64,000 nt of DNA from an uncultured Ruminococcus sp. (GTDB taxonomy: Bacteria > Bacillota > Clostridia > Oscillospirales > CAG-272): positions 6,423-70,422 of the forward strand of contig CAZUYA010000002.1 of assembly GCA_964624685.1 (NCBI GenBank). The letters run 5' to 3'. Shown one piece after another: positions 37,213 through 46,453 of the stretch. The notes beneath the pieces were generated by a model that was given only the letters and a program-made list of their open reading frames with translations, was not told the DNA's origin and did not search any database. The first letter of the stretch is position 1. Every line of letters begins with the position of its first letter. Position numbers and translations under genes: made by a program.

Positions 37213-39642
37213 TCATTCATTTCCGGGTAACCACCCGTTGTCATAATCTTCTTCATCCAAATAACGGAATGTCACTTCCACAACCGTACCGCGCGGCACC
37301 TCGCTGCCGGCTTCCACCGACTGCGCGATTACACGCGGACCGGTCCCGCTCAAATAGTTTTTTGTCCCCTTGATGCGAATATTCAATCCCGCATTGATCA
37401 AGGTTTGATTTGCCGCTGCAGCAGTCATACCGCTCACATCCGGAACGATGACCGTTTCACTTTCGGCTGTGCCATCCGTATATACGATGATTTTGGAAGC
37501 CGATTTTTCAACAACCGTGTTGGCTTCCGGATACTGTTTGTAAATGATTCCGTCCGAGTCACCTACAACTTCCAGCTCGATGCCCAACGTGGCGCACTGC
37601 TTTTGGGCAGCCGAAACAGACCAATACGTCACCGACGGAATCCGAACCGTCATTTTTTCCAATTCCTCATCGCTGTAAACGGCTTCCACACCCAAATAAG
37701 GAAGGATCCGTTCCATCACATTTCCGACATAGGGTGCGGCAACGGTACTTCCGTATAAGGAACCTTTTGTCGGCTCATCTACAATGATGATAACGGCATA
37801 TTGCGGATTTTCGGCAGGCGCAAATGCGACCGTCGAACAAACATAATCTTCACTGACCGCAAATTCGGAGCTGTCACCGATGTATCCGCAAATACTGCAC
37901 ACATATTTTTGAACACCGTCAATCTTTTTCGGGGTTCCCACGCTGTCACAATGCGGACACTCCCGTTCCTTTTTTTCGGATGTTCCCGTCTTGGCAGCAA
38001 TGCGATAACCGGCTACATAAGCATTTTTCGCGCCGCCGTCTCCGGAAACTCCCTTTTCCAAAATGTCGGCAACCGTTTGGCAGATGTCTTTGCTGATCAC
38101 CTGCCGTTTGGAAGTTGCATCAGCCGAAGAAATGACCGTACCGTTCTCATCGGTCACGGATGAAAACAAATGCGGAGTGACCAAGTAACCGCCGTTTGCA
38201 ACTGCACTGATCGCCGTAATATGTTGAATCAGCGTCACATTGAAATTTTGTCCGAAAGAGTAAATGGCAAGATCCAATTCCGTAAAGGCATCCTCGGAAG
38301 CAAAGATGCTTCCGCCTTCCCCGGGCAAATCAATTCCGGTCCTTTCCAAATATCCGAATGCCTTCAGATATTCATAGAATGTGTCGGTTCCCAAGCGAAG
38401 TCCCACACGCATCAACCACGGGTTGCAGGACTGCTGGATTCCCTGCACAAACGTCAAAGAACCGTGTCCCTGTGTTTTGTGACAGTGAATTTTTTGTCCG
38501 AGCACGGTATGGTAGCCAATGCAACTATACCGTTCATCAAGAGAAACCACATCTTCCTCCAGTGCCATTGCCGCGGTCACGATCTTAAATGTAGAGCCGG
38601 GAATATAAGACTCGGTAATTGCCTTATTTTTCCACATATTCAACAGCAATGCCTGTTTCATGGAACTGTATTCGTCACTGCCGACCGTATAACCGCTTTC
38701 TTCCAACTTCAATAACGATTGTTCGTCCAACGCCCACGGATCATTGAGATCAAAGGAAGGACAGACCGCCATTCCCAAAATTTCCCCCGTATTGACATCC
38801 ATGACGATCCCGGCTGCACGATTTTCACCGCCGGATTCTTCATACGCTTTTTTCAGCTCATCTTCCAATGCCGATTGAACAAACACATCCAACGTTGTCC
38901 GAACATGATAACCGTTCTTTGCCTCAATATATTCTTTATAGCTGTAAGGCATTTCATTCCCGCTCGCATCACGTGCGGTCACATAGCGTCCGTCAGTCCC
39001 GGACAATTTTTCATCGTAATAATATTCCAGCCCGTACAATCCCGTTCCGTCACTTCCGGTAAAGCCCAACACATGGGAAGCAAGCGTATGATACGGATAG
39101 TAACGCGTATAGGTACTTTCCAGATAGATCATCTGTTCCAGATCGTATTCATCAATGAAAGCACGTACAAGATCTGCCGTCTCCTCATCAACCTCTTTTT
39201 GGATGGTTCGATCCAAAAAGCCCGTATAAGTGGTCTGCTTCAAAACAAATTCATAACTTCGATCCAAAATTTCGGACAGGTGTTGTGCAATCAATTCATC
39301 CAATCGAATGTTACTGCCGTTTTGATCATGCTCACTTTGTGCCGATGCAATGGAAGAAGGCGAAATAAAGACACGATAAGTAGAAACATTGGTCGCCAAC
39401 AAAACGCCGTTGCGATCGTAAATATTTCCGCGTGCCGCATGAACGGAAGATTCCGTAGTCATCTGTTGCAACACTTTTTGCTGATAATGTTCGTAATCCA
39501 CCGTTTGCAACAAAAAGATGCGAATCAAAAGTGCCGCAAAAAGCAAAACGGAAACGCCGAACAAAACACTCGCCCGACCGGCAAGTTTGGGATGAATTCC
39601 ACCGTCAGTTTTTATTTCCGTCAGTTGGATAGGCTGTTCCAC
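37213..39642 (-). CDS. class B penicillin-binding protein (FtsI/SpoVD-like) with two C-terminal PASTA domains and a double-CxxC insertion
   Basis: GTG start after a GGAAAGGAG SD. N-terminal TM anchor and dimerisation domain. SxxK = STFK, SxN = SCN, KTG = KTGT. Two PASTA repeats at the C-terminus. Confidence 0.9.
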   Translation of the reverse strand: MEQPIQLTEIKTDGGIHPKLAGRASVLFGVSVLLFAALLIRIFLLQTVDYEHYQQKVLQQMTTESSVHAARGNIYDRNGVLLATNVSTYRVFISPSSIASAQSEHDQNGSNIRLDELIAQHLSEILDRSYEFVLKQTTYTGFLDRTIQKEVDEETADLVRAFIDEYDLEQMIYLESTYTRYYPYHTLASHVLGFTGSDGTGLYGLEYYYDEKLSGTDGRYVTARDASGNEMPYSYKEYIEAKNGYHVRTTLDVFVQSALEDELKKAYEESGGENRAAGIVMDVNTGEILGMAVCPSFDLNDPWALDEQSLLKLEESGYTVGSDEYSSMKQALLLNMWKNKAITESYIPGSTFKIVTAAMALEEDVVSLDERYSCIGYHTVLGQKIHCHKTQGHGSLTFVQGIQQSCNPWLMRVGLRLGTDTFYEYLKAFGYLERTGIDLPGEGGSIFASEDAFTELDLAIYSFGQNFNVTLIQHITAISAVANGGYLVTPHLFSSVTDENGTVISSADATSKRQVISKDICQTVADILEKGVSGDGGAKNAYVAGYRIAAKTGTSEKKERECPHCDSVGTPKKIDGVQKYVCSICGYIGDSSEFAVSEDYVCSTVAFAPAENPQYAVIIIVDEPTKGSLYGSTVAAPYVGNVMERILPYLGVEAVYSDEELEKMTVRIPSVTYWSVSAAQKQCATLGIELEVVGDSDGIIYKQYPEANTVVEKSASKIIVYTDGTAESETVIVPDVSGMTAAAANQTLINAGLNIRIKGTKNYLSGTGPRVIAQSVEAGSEVPRGTVVEVTFRYLDEEDYDNGWLPGNE

Positions 39643-39751
39643 GGCAAGCTCCTTTCCGCATGCTTTTGGGAAAGGCGAGGAGTATTTCCTCGCCTGTCTT
39701 GAATGATTCTATGCTTTTTCGCTGCATTTTATGTTTGATAAGCGCGAATAC

Positions 39752-40654
39752 TCACTTCAAAATTCCAAGTGCATTCAACAACGCCGATAATCCGACCGTT
39801 TTCGGCGGCTCTTCTTCAAATACGTCAATGGAATCTTCCCCTCCCATAGATAAATATTCCATGCGGAGATATTCCCGATCCACCATACCGTATTCATTGA
39901 CTGCAATCTCTCGAATGGTTAAAAGATCGTTTTGAACGCTCAAATCCGACCGCAACTCCGAAACCTCATTGGACAATTGCAAGAATTCCTGTTTTAAGCG
40001 ATTGACTTCCCCTTCTCCCTGTGTCAACATAACGGAGCCGGCAACAATCAACATCAAAGACATTGCAACCGCGGCAATTGCCGCCAGTGCGGAAAGAGGA
40101 AACCGCCGTGTCTCTCGTGTGGTATCCGGCTTGGAAAAATTAAACCATGACGTCGGCGCACACTTGACTTTTTCACGCAATTGTTCCGGCAATCTTCCGA
40201 CCGTTTTTGGAACGGCGGTCATGCGTTGACGCAGATTCGGTTTTTCGATCGTTCGTACAGCCGCCGACCAACGGCAACCGACGGATTCCTCAGCGGTACA
40301 TGTTTGAGATTCGTCAAGAGGTACAGCCAATGAAAAATCCGTATTCCGAATCCGCATGGCACGGGTTTCCGAAAAATATTCGATCAAATCACTTCCGGAC
40401 ATCATTTCTTTCCCATGACGGTAGCGCGCGCCGATATAAGCATCGGAAAGTTTGGAGAGTCGGTACGCTGCCGGTTGCAGTGCGCTCGTTTGTTCTTCAC
40501 ATGCCGCTTGTGCCTCGACTTCGGTACGAACCGCTACAGAAAGCCCACGTGTTGCAAATCGTTCGGCAATCGCACGGATCGCAGGTTCCGGACTAATCTG
40601 CAATGCAGTGGGCGATGATACGTTCGATTCAACATCAACTACAACGGGATTCAT
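39752..40654 (-). CDS. FtsL/DivIC-like cell division protein with a long N-terminal cytoplasmic extension
   Basis: Position between rsmH and the PBP gene. One TM helix followed by a coiled-coil-like EVNRLKQEFLQLSNEVSELRSDL. Start moved to MNPVVVD, preceded by an AAAGGAG SD. Confidence 0.6.
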   Translation of the reverse strand: MNPVVVDVESNVSSPTALQISPEPAIRAIAERFATRGLSVAVRTEVEAQAACEEQTSALQPAAYRLSKLSDAYIGARYRHGKEMMSGSDLIEYFSETRAMRIRNTDFSLAVPLDESQTCTAEESVGCRWSAAVRTIEKPNLRQRMTAVPKTVGRLPEQLREKVKCAPTSWFNFSKPDTTRETRRFPLSALAAIAAVAMSLMLIVAGSVMLTQGEGEVNRLKQEFLQLSNEVSELRSDLSVQNDLLTIREIAVNEYGMVDREYLRMEYLSMGGEDSIDVFEEEPPKTVGLSALLNALGILK

Positions 40655-40702
40655 CTTCAAACTCTCCTTTCTTGTCAAATTTGTATTCCATCGAATCGCC
40701 GA

Positions 40703-41656
40703 TCAAAGTTTTTCGGCAACCCGCAATTTTGCGCTTCGCGAGCGCGGATTTTGTGCCAATTCTTCTTCCGACGGCAGAATCGGCTTTTTGGTCAACACTT
40801 TGATTTGCGGTCGATTTCCACAAACACAGACTGGGAAATTTTTCGGGCAGGTACAACCTCCCGTTAAAGAAGCAAAACACTGTTTTACGATTCGGTCTTC
40901 TAAAGAATGGAATGTAATAATCGCAACCCTTCCACCCGGATTCAACATGGAAACGGCGGACTTGATCGCCGGTGCGATCACATCCAACTCAGCGTTCACT
41001 TCAATGCGCAACGCCTGAAAAGAACGCTTTGCGGGATGGTGTCCGCCATCTCTGGCTTGCGCTGGGATCGACCGTTTGATGATCTCCACCAGTTCCCCTG
41101 TGGTTTCGATCGAAGCCGATTCCCGTGCGCTGACAATATTTGAGGCAATGCGGGAAGAAAACCGTTCTTCCCCGTATTCAAAGAGGATGCGCCGAAGCTC
41201 TTCCTCCGTATATTCGTTCACGATCTGCCGAGCTGTCAGTGGATTTTGCATATCCATTCGCATATCCAACGGCGCGTCGGCTTGATATGAAAATCCGCGT
41301 TCGGCAGTATCCAATTGATAGGATGACACCCCCAGATCTAGCAACAAACCATCCACTCTCTGGATGTCGCGCTCAGCACAAACCCGTGCAATATTTTTGA
41401 AATTGGTATGAACGACCTCGACACGATCTCCGTAAACGGAAAGACGTTCCGTTGCAACACGAACCGCCGTTTCATCTTGGTCCAATGCCAATAATTTTCC
41501 GTTTTCATTCAGACAAGCCGCTATTTCAAAACTGTGCCCCGCGCCTCCGGCAGTTCCGTCAATATAAATTCCATTCGGACGGATCGCAAGAGCTTGGATA
41601 CATTCCCGCAAAAGAACCGACCGATGTGAAAAATGAATCTGTTCTTCCATATCCAT
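40703..41656 (-). CDS. rsmH: 16S rRNA (cytosine1402-N4)-methyltransferase RsmH
   Basis: HRSVLLREC and DGTAGGAGHS, with C-terminal NPRSRSAKLRV. Confidence 0.92.
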   Translation of the reverse strand: MDMEEQIHFSHRSVLLRECIQALAIRPNGIYIDGTAGGAGHSFEIAACLNENGKLLALDQDETAVRVATERLSVYGDRVEVVHTNFKNIARVCAERDIQRVDGLLLDLGVSSYQLDTAERGFSYQADAPLDMRMDMQNPLTARQIVNEYTEEELRRILFEYGEERFSSRIASNIVSARESASIETTGELVEIIKRSIPAQARDGGHHPAKRSFQALRIEVNAELDVIAPAIKSAVSMLNPGGRVAIITFHSLEDRIVKQCFASLTGGCTCPKNFPVCVCGNRPQIKVLTKKPILPSEEELAQNPRSRSAKLRVAEKL

Positions 41657-41730
41657 CCTTCCCTCATTTCATCCGTCTTTCGTAATAAAAGTCTTCATTT
41701 TATACATTCGTCATCGGTTACAATCTTCCG

Positions 41731-42153
41731 TTACAGACCAAGAGCTTCCAATTCGGCAATCATTTCTTCACGGTCCACCTCATCCTTCAGTGCATCGTAA
41801 GAAGCTTCCGCCCAAATTTCGGCATATTGACCGCATCCGACCACCACGATGTTTTTTTCGATCTCGGCATATTCGATCAATTCCGGAGGCAGAACGATTC
41901 GTCCTTGTGCATCCGGAGTTGCCTGCAAGAGCGATGCATGCAGATAGCGCATAATTTTTTCGGAGAGCTTTCTGTTTTGCTCCCGCAAAGGCGCGATATA
42001 GTTTTCCCATCCTTCACGAGAGTAGATTTTCAAGCATTTTTCACGGATGTCCTTCGCTACCACCAAAGGCTGTCCCAATTCCTCACGTAACTTTGCCGGA
42101 ATAAATATTCTGTTTTTCGGATCTAAACCGTGACGATATTCACCACCCAGCAT
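41731..42153 (-). CDS. mraZ: transcriptional regulator MraZ
   Basis: Two SpoVT/AbrB-like repeats with DPKNRIFIPAKLRE and DAQGRIVLPPELIE. First gene of the dcw cluster. Confidence 0.92.
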   Translation of the reverse strand: MLGGEYRHGLDPKNRIFIPAKLREELGQPLVVAKDIREKCLKIYSREGWENYIAPLREQNRKLSEKIMRYLHASLLQATPDAQGRIVLPPELIEYAEIEKNIVVVGCGQYAEIWAEASYDALKDEVDREEMIAELEALGL

Positions 42154-42200
42154 GATGCTCTCCTCCTCTCTCCGAATTTTGATGGAAAGTTAGCGTGTTT

Positions 42201-42240
42201 TGAACCACTTTGCTACACTTCACACCACTTTGCACCACTG
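42201..42240 (-). promoter_or_regulatory. putative MraZ operator: four tandem 10-bp units
   Basis: The minus strand reads cAGTGGTGCA AAGTGGTGTG AAGTGTAGCA AAGTGGTTCA with an exact 10-bp period. It lies immediately downstream of the -10 box. Confidence 0.6.
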
Positions 42241-42248
42241 ACAGGTAT

Positions 42249-42277
42249 ATTATATACTATTTTTTTGAATTGTGCAA
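42249..42277 (-). promoter_or_regulatory. sigma-A-type promoter of the mraZ/dcw operon
   Basis: Minus strand TTGCAC, 17-nt spacer, TATAAT. Confidence 0.65.
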
Positions 42278-42479
42278 GTGGTTTTGAAAAATTTTTTCTG
42301 TTTTTTTTCAGTTTTTCAAGCAAAATCGGCAAGCACCGTAATTTCCGACATCGTTTGCATTCAAGCATTCGAAACCCCCTGTTTCTGAACCGTGATTTCG
42401 GAAACATTCTCTTCCCGAACAAAGCCCCCATCGACATCCACCCGTGAAAACTTTCTTCCATGAACTTTTCAAAAAAAAC

Positions 42480-42508
42480 TTGACGGGGTTTGAAAAATAT
42501 GCTATACT
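42480..42508 (+). promoter_or_regulatory. sigma-A-type promoter of the helicase-nuclease gene
   Basis: TTGACG, 17-nt spacer, TATACT with a TGc extended -10. Confidence 0.65.
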
Positions 42509-42565
42509 GTTAGCTGAATGAATGTTTATTGTACAAGAAACCGCAGAAAGAAGGATGAATAACAG

Positions 42566-45500
42566 ATGGAACAGATAGGACTGTTTGATACACTGTGTGA
42601 GCTTCGTCAAATAATCAAAGTGCGCGAAAAGAAAAAAAGCGGAAAAACGCCCGTGGTCTGCTCGGATGAATCTTTACGTGAGATCATTCGTCTGATGCCT
42701 CGAAAAGCATCCGATTTTTACAGTATCCCCGGAATCGGTCCCGCTTTTGTGGAAAACTATGCTGAAGAATTTCTTGTCGCACTCAATCAAAAAGCCTCCG
42801 ACGGAAACGACGAAAATCATGATGTTGAAGGCACTTTGCGCGAACTTTCCAAAAAATTGATCAATATCAATAAGAGCAACCGCATGCTCTTCCTTCCCAA
42901 ACTCTCTCCAAAATATGCAGTGGATCTGTTCGGTCTTGCCGGACGAATCAATCCGTTGGATATTCTATTCAATGCTGGAACGGAGCCGACCGTGATTGCC
43001 GCCTCCGCCGATCAGGATCTTCCCCGTACCGATCCGGCAAGAGAGCGTTACAAAAATTTGACATCTTTGATCCGTGAAGTCACTCGCGATCTGCGTGACA
43101 AAGGACAGAATGACCTCTATATCGGCTATCCTTTTGTACAGGGAAACCTTGTCAACGGAGAATTCGGCATTCGTGCGCCGCTTTGTCTGTTTCCGGTCAC
43201 ATTGGATCGCTCCACTTCCAATGTGACTGTGGAAGCCGACCCGACACGTGACATTATTTATAACGGAACATTGATTTTGGCGCATGACAAATTCAATGGG
43301 ATTACCTCTCCCATGCCGGACTGCACATTGGAAGATACCGATCCGGACACCTTTTTGCAAACGCTCTTGGATTTTTATGCCGCAAACGACATCCGCATTG
43401 AATATGACAACGACGAATTGAAAAAATTTACGGAATATCCCGGCGAGTCCTTCCCGCATTATGCGCGCGGAACTCTGAAGTTGGTACACAACATCGTCAT
43501 CGGAAAATTCCCCGCTTGTTCCAACTCCATTCAAAAAGACTTTGAAGATATTTTGAACAAAGGACTGGTCAACCGCCTGGTCTCCGATCTTGTTTCGGAT
43601 TACGGTTCCACGGATTTTTATTCCGATCACACCGATTCGGCACCGGAATTGAACAGTCCGGATAAAGCAATCGACATTCGTGAAAGCTCTCTTGTCTATA
43701 TCAATGCGCTCAACAGTGCACAAGAGGCTGTCCTCAATGCATTGAACGAAAATGACGAACTGGTAGTAGAGGGACCTCCCGGAACCGGTAAATCGCAAAC
43801 CATCACCAGTTTAATTACGCAATTCGTCAATCAAGGGAAAACCGTCCTGATGGTCTCCGAGAAAAAAACCGCTCTGGATGTCGTCTATTCCCGACTCGGA
43901 AACCTTTCACGATACGCCATGATGATGGACGATGCCAACAATAAAAACCAATTTTACGGACAATTGGAACGGCTTCTGCTCAGTACCGATGCCAATGTTC
44001 CTCCGGAACTTCCGGATTTATCTCCCATTTCGGCAGAAATTGACGCAGATGTGGCAACTTTGGAAATCATTGCACAGAAATTGTTCTGTCCCGGAGAATT
44101 CGGCGTTGCACCTTACAAGCTCTATATGGAGAACCGTCGAATCAATCTGCAAAGTCACGAGCAGATCAAAACTTACAAAACCATCCGCACGGTGATTACG
44201 GACGAACTTTTGAATTTGAAATACGATGAGGTCAATGCCATTCACAAACGCTTTGCCAACGGACAACTAACAAACAGTCTGGATCACTACCAATTGACCA
44301 TTGAACGGTATCCGTGGTTCTTGAATATGAAGGACGATCTTTCCAACTATGATTTGATCCTCTTTACGGATGCCATTGATGAAATGATTCTGAAGATCGA
44401 CGAATGGCGAAATCAGTCCTTCCTCAAACGTCAAACCTCCAAAGGTCGTTTGACGAAAGAAATCCAACAAATGACAAAGGACTATTTCCAAAAGCTCAAC
44501 GGTGCTTATACCGTCCGCTTGATGATGGAACAGCCGGAAGCGGTCAAACAAAGTTTGAAAGAATTTACCGCAGGATACGCCAATCTCAAACCGGTCGTTA
44601 TGAGTTTGACCGACCATGAAAATATGTACCTGGCGGCACTCCGCAAGATTCACAAAATCTGTGGCGGAACAGTCAGCGAGTGGAATGATGAGCTTTACAA
44701 CACGATCCTGTTTGAGTACATTCAAAAATTTGAAAGTGAAAACCGTACCCTGATTCCGAAAGTTGATTCGTTTGAAAAGATCATTGATTCCATCGAAAAC
44801 AATATCAAAATCAAGCAAGATCTTTCCCGCCAACGAATCACAAAGCTGTTGGCTGATGATTTGAAATATATCACAACATCCAAACGAAAAGGCGAAATCA
44901 GCCGTGCCATTGAAAGTCGTCGGCGCAGCAGCATCGGCAAATTTGTCCAAAAGTTTGATTTTGAATTGTTCAAAGCACTGAAAATTTGGCTAATGACACC
45001 GGACGCGGTCTCCGAGGTTTTGCCGCAACAAAACGATTTGTTCGATCTTTTGATCTTTGATGAAGCTTCACAGTTATATATCGAAAAGAGTATTCCCTCT
45101 TTGATCCGTGCGAAAAAAGTCGTAATCGCCGGAGATCACAAACAACTCCGCCCCTCCAGCCTCGGAGAAGGTCGTTTTGATTTGGAAGATACGTTGGATG
45201 AGGATGCCGAAATTTCGGCGGCACTGGAAGAAGAAAGTCTGTTGGATTTGGCACGCTTCCGTTATCCCGATGTTTTGCTCAACACGCACTATCGTTCCAA
45301 ATACGAAGAATTGATCGACTTTTCCAACTATGCCTTCTATAAAGGTCGCTTGTTTGTTGCTCCCAATACCGATGTTCCGGAAAAGCCTCCCATTGAAGTG
45401 CATCAAGTGAATGATGCCACCTGGCTCGGACGTTCCAATCGCCGTGAAGCCGAAGAAGTCGTTTCACTCCTCAAAGACTTTTTCCAAACCCGCCAAAACA

Positions 45501-46306
45501 ACGAGACCATCGGAATCATCGCTTTCAATGCTTCACAACGGGATACCATCTATGACGTGATCGACGAAGAATCCGTCAAAGACCCCAAGTTCGGCACAAC
45601 GATTCGCGCCGAAATGGCGCGCAAAGATAACGGTGAGGATACCGGACTGTTTGTGAAAAACATCGAAAGCGTTCAGGGAGATGAGCGTGATGTCATTGTC
45701 TTCTCCATCGGATATGCAAAAAACGCAAGCGGAAAATTGGTACACAACTTCGGATGGCTCAATCAAAAAGGCGGTGAAAACCGATTGAACGTTGCCATCA
45801 GCCGCGCCAAGAAAAAGATTCACATCGTCACCTCTTTCCGCCCCGCCGAATTGATGTTGGATGATGCCAAAAACGACGGTCCCGGAATCCTCAAACGGTA
45901 TTTGGAATATGCATTTGCCATCAGTAACGGAAACAAGGATGAGGCTGAAATGATTTTGCGTTCATTCGGCGAAACGTACGGCATTGTGGCGGCACCGCTG
46001 GAAACTGAGTTTGCTCAAAAGGTCGCCGACGCATTGCGTGAAAAAGGCTATGAGATCGACACGCAAGTCGGAATCGGCGGTTATCGCATTGATATTGCCG
46101 TTCGCAAAAACGGAAGATACGTTTTGGGCATCGAGTGTGACGGAAAACTCTACAGTGTCGCTTCCTCGGCAAGAGAACGCGACTATCATCGCCAAAAATA
46201 TTTGGAATCCCGCGGATGGAAAATCAAACGCATTTGGAGCATGGATTGGTGGCGCGATCCGCAACGGGAAATTCATGAGATCTGCATGTTGGCGGACAGT
46301 CTGTAA
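42566..46306 (+). CDS. HRDC-like / DUF4011 / SF1 (Upf1-DNA2-like, AAA_11+AAA_12) helicase fused to a C-terminal Vsr/DUF559-type PD-(D/E)xK nuclease domain
   Basis: N-terminal SDESLREIIRLMPRKASDFYSIPGIGPAFVENYAEEFL. DUF4011-like LYIGYPFVQGNL...IRAPLCLFPVTLDR. Walker A GPPGTGKS (aa 403-410) and motif II DEASQ (aa 832). Further motifs THYRS, VQGDERDVIVFS and RLNVAISRAKKK. C-terminal GYRIDIAV...GIECDG...YLESRGWKIKRIW. Confidence 0.8.
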   Translation: MEQIGLFDTLCELRQIIKVREKKKSGKTPVVCSDESLREIIRLMPRKASDFYSIPGIGPAFVENYAEEFLVALNQKASDGNDENHDVEGTLRELSKKLININKSNRMLFLPKLSPKYAVDLFGLAGRINPLDILFNAGTEPTVIAASADQDLPRTDPARERYKNLTSLIREVTRDLRDKGQNDLYIGYPFVQGNLVNGEFGIRAPLCLFPVTLDRSTSNVTVEADPTRDIIYNGTLILAHDKFNGITSPMPDCTLEDTDPDTFLQTLLDFYAANDIRIEYDNDELKKFTEYPGESFPHYARGTLKLVHNIVIGKFPACSNSIQKDFEDILNKGLVNRLVSDLVSDYGSTDFYSDHTDSAPELNSPDKAIDIRESSLVYINALNSAQEAVLNALNENDELVVEGPPGTGKSQTITSLITQFVNQGKTVLMVSEKKTALDVVYSRLGNLSRYAMMMDDANNKNQFYGQLERLLLSTDANVPPELPDLSPISAEIDADVATLEIIAQKLFCPGEFGVAPYKLYMENRRINLQSHEQIKTYKTIRTVITDELLNLKYDEVNAIHKRFANGQLTNSLDHYQLTIERYPWFLNMKDDLSNYDLILFTDAIDEMILKIDEWRNQSFLKRQTSKGRLTKEIQQMTKDYFQKLNGAYTVRLMMEQPEAVKQSLKEFTAGYANLKPVVMSLTDHENMYLAALRKIHKICGGTVSEWNDELYNTILFEYIQKFESENRTLIPKVDSFEKIIDSIENNIKIKQDLSRQRITKLLADDLKYITTSKRKGEISRAIESRRRSSIGKFVQKFDFELFKALKIWLMTPDAVSEVLPQQNDLFDLLIFDEASQLYIEKSIPSLIRAKKVVIAGDHKQLRPSSLGEGRFDLEDTLDEDAEISAALEEESLLDLARFRYPDVLLNTHYRSKYEELIDFSNYAFYKGRLFVAPNTDVPEKPPIEVHQVNDATWLGRSNRREAEEVVSLLKDFFQTRQNNETIGIIAFNASQRDTIYDVIDEESVKDPKFGTTIRAEMARKDNGEDTGLFVKNIESVQGDERDVIVFSIGYAKNASGKLVHNFGWLNQKGGENRLNVAISRAKKKIHIVTSFRPAELMLDDAKNDGPGILKRYLEYAFAISNGNKDEAEMILRSFGETYGIVAAPLETEFAQKVADALREKGYEIDTQVGIGGYRIDIAVRKNGRYVLGIECDGKLYSVASSARERDYHRQKYLESRGWKIKRIWSMDWWRDPQREIHEICMLADSL

Positions 46307-46380
46307 AGAAAAGATTGTAACACAATCCATCATACAAATTTTGATGTGCGGACACAAAAAAGATTCCGAAATCAAACAAA

Positions 46381-46422
46381 TCAGGCACTCTGCAAAAAAC
46401 AGCAGAGTGCCTGACTTGTTTT
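46381..46422. terminator. bidirectional terminator (helicase gene / flippase gene)
   Basis: Perfect 13-bp stem tcaggcactctgc/gcagagtgcctga, then CTTGTTTT. An A-rich run lies upstream for the opposite strand. Confidence 0.8.
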
Positions 46423-46453
46423 GAAAAGAATCCGGACTGACACAAAGAACCAT

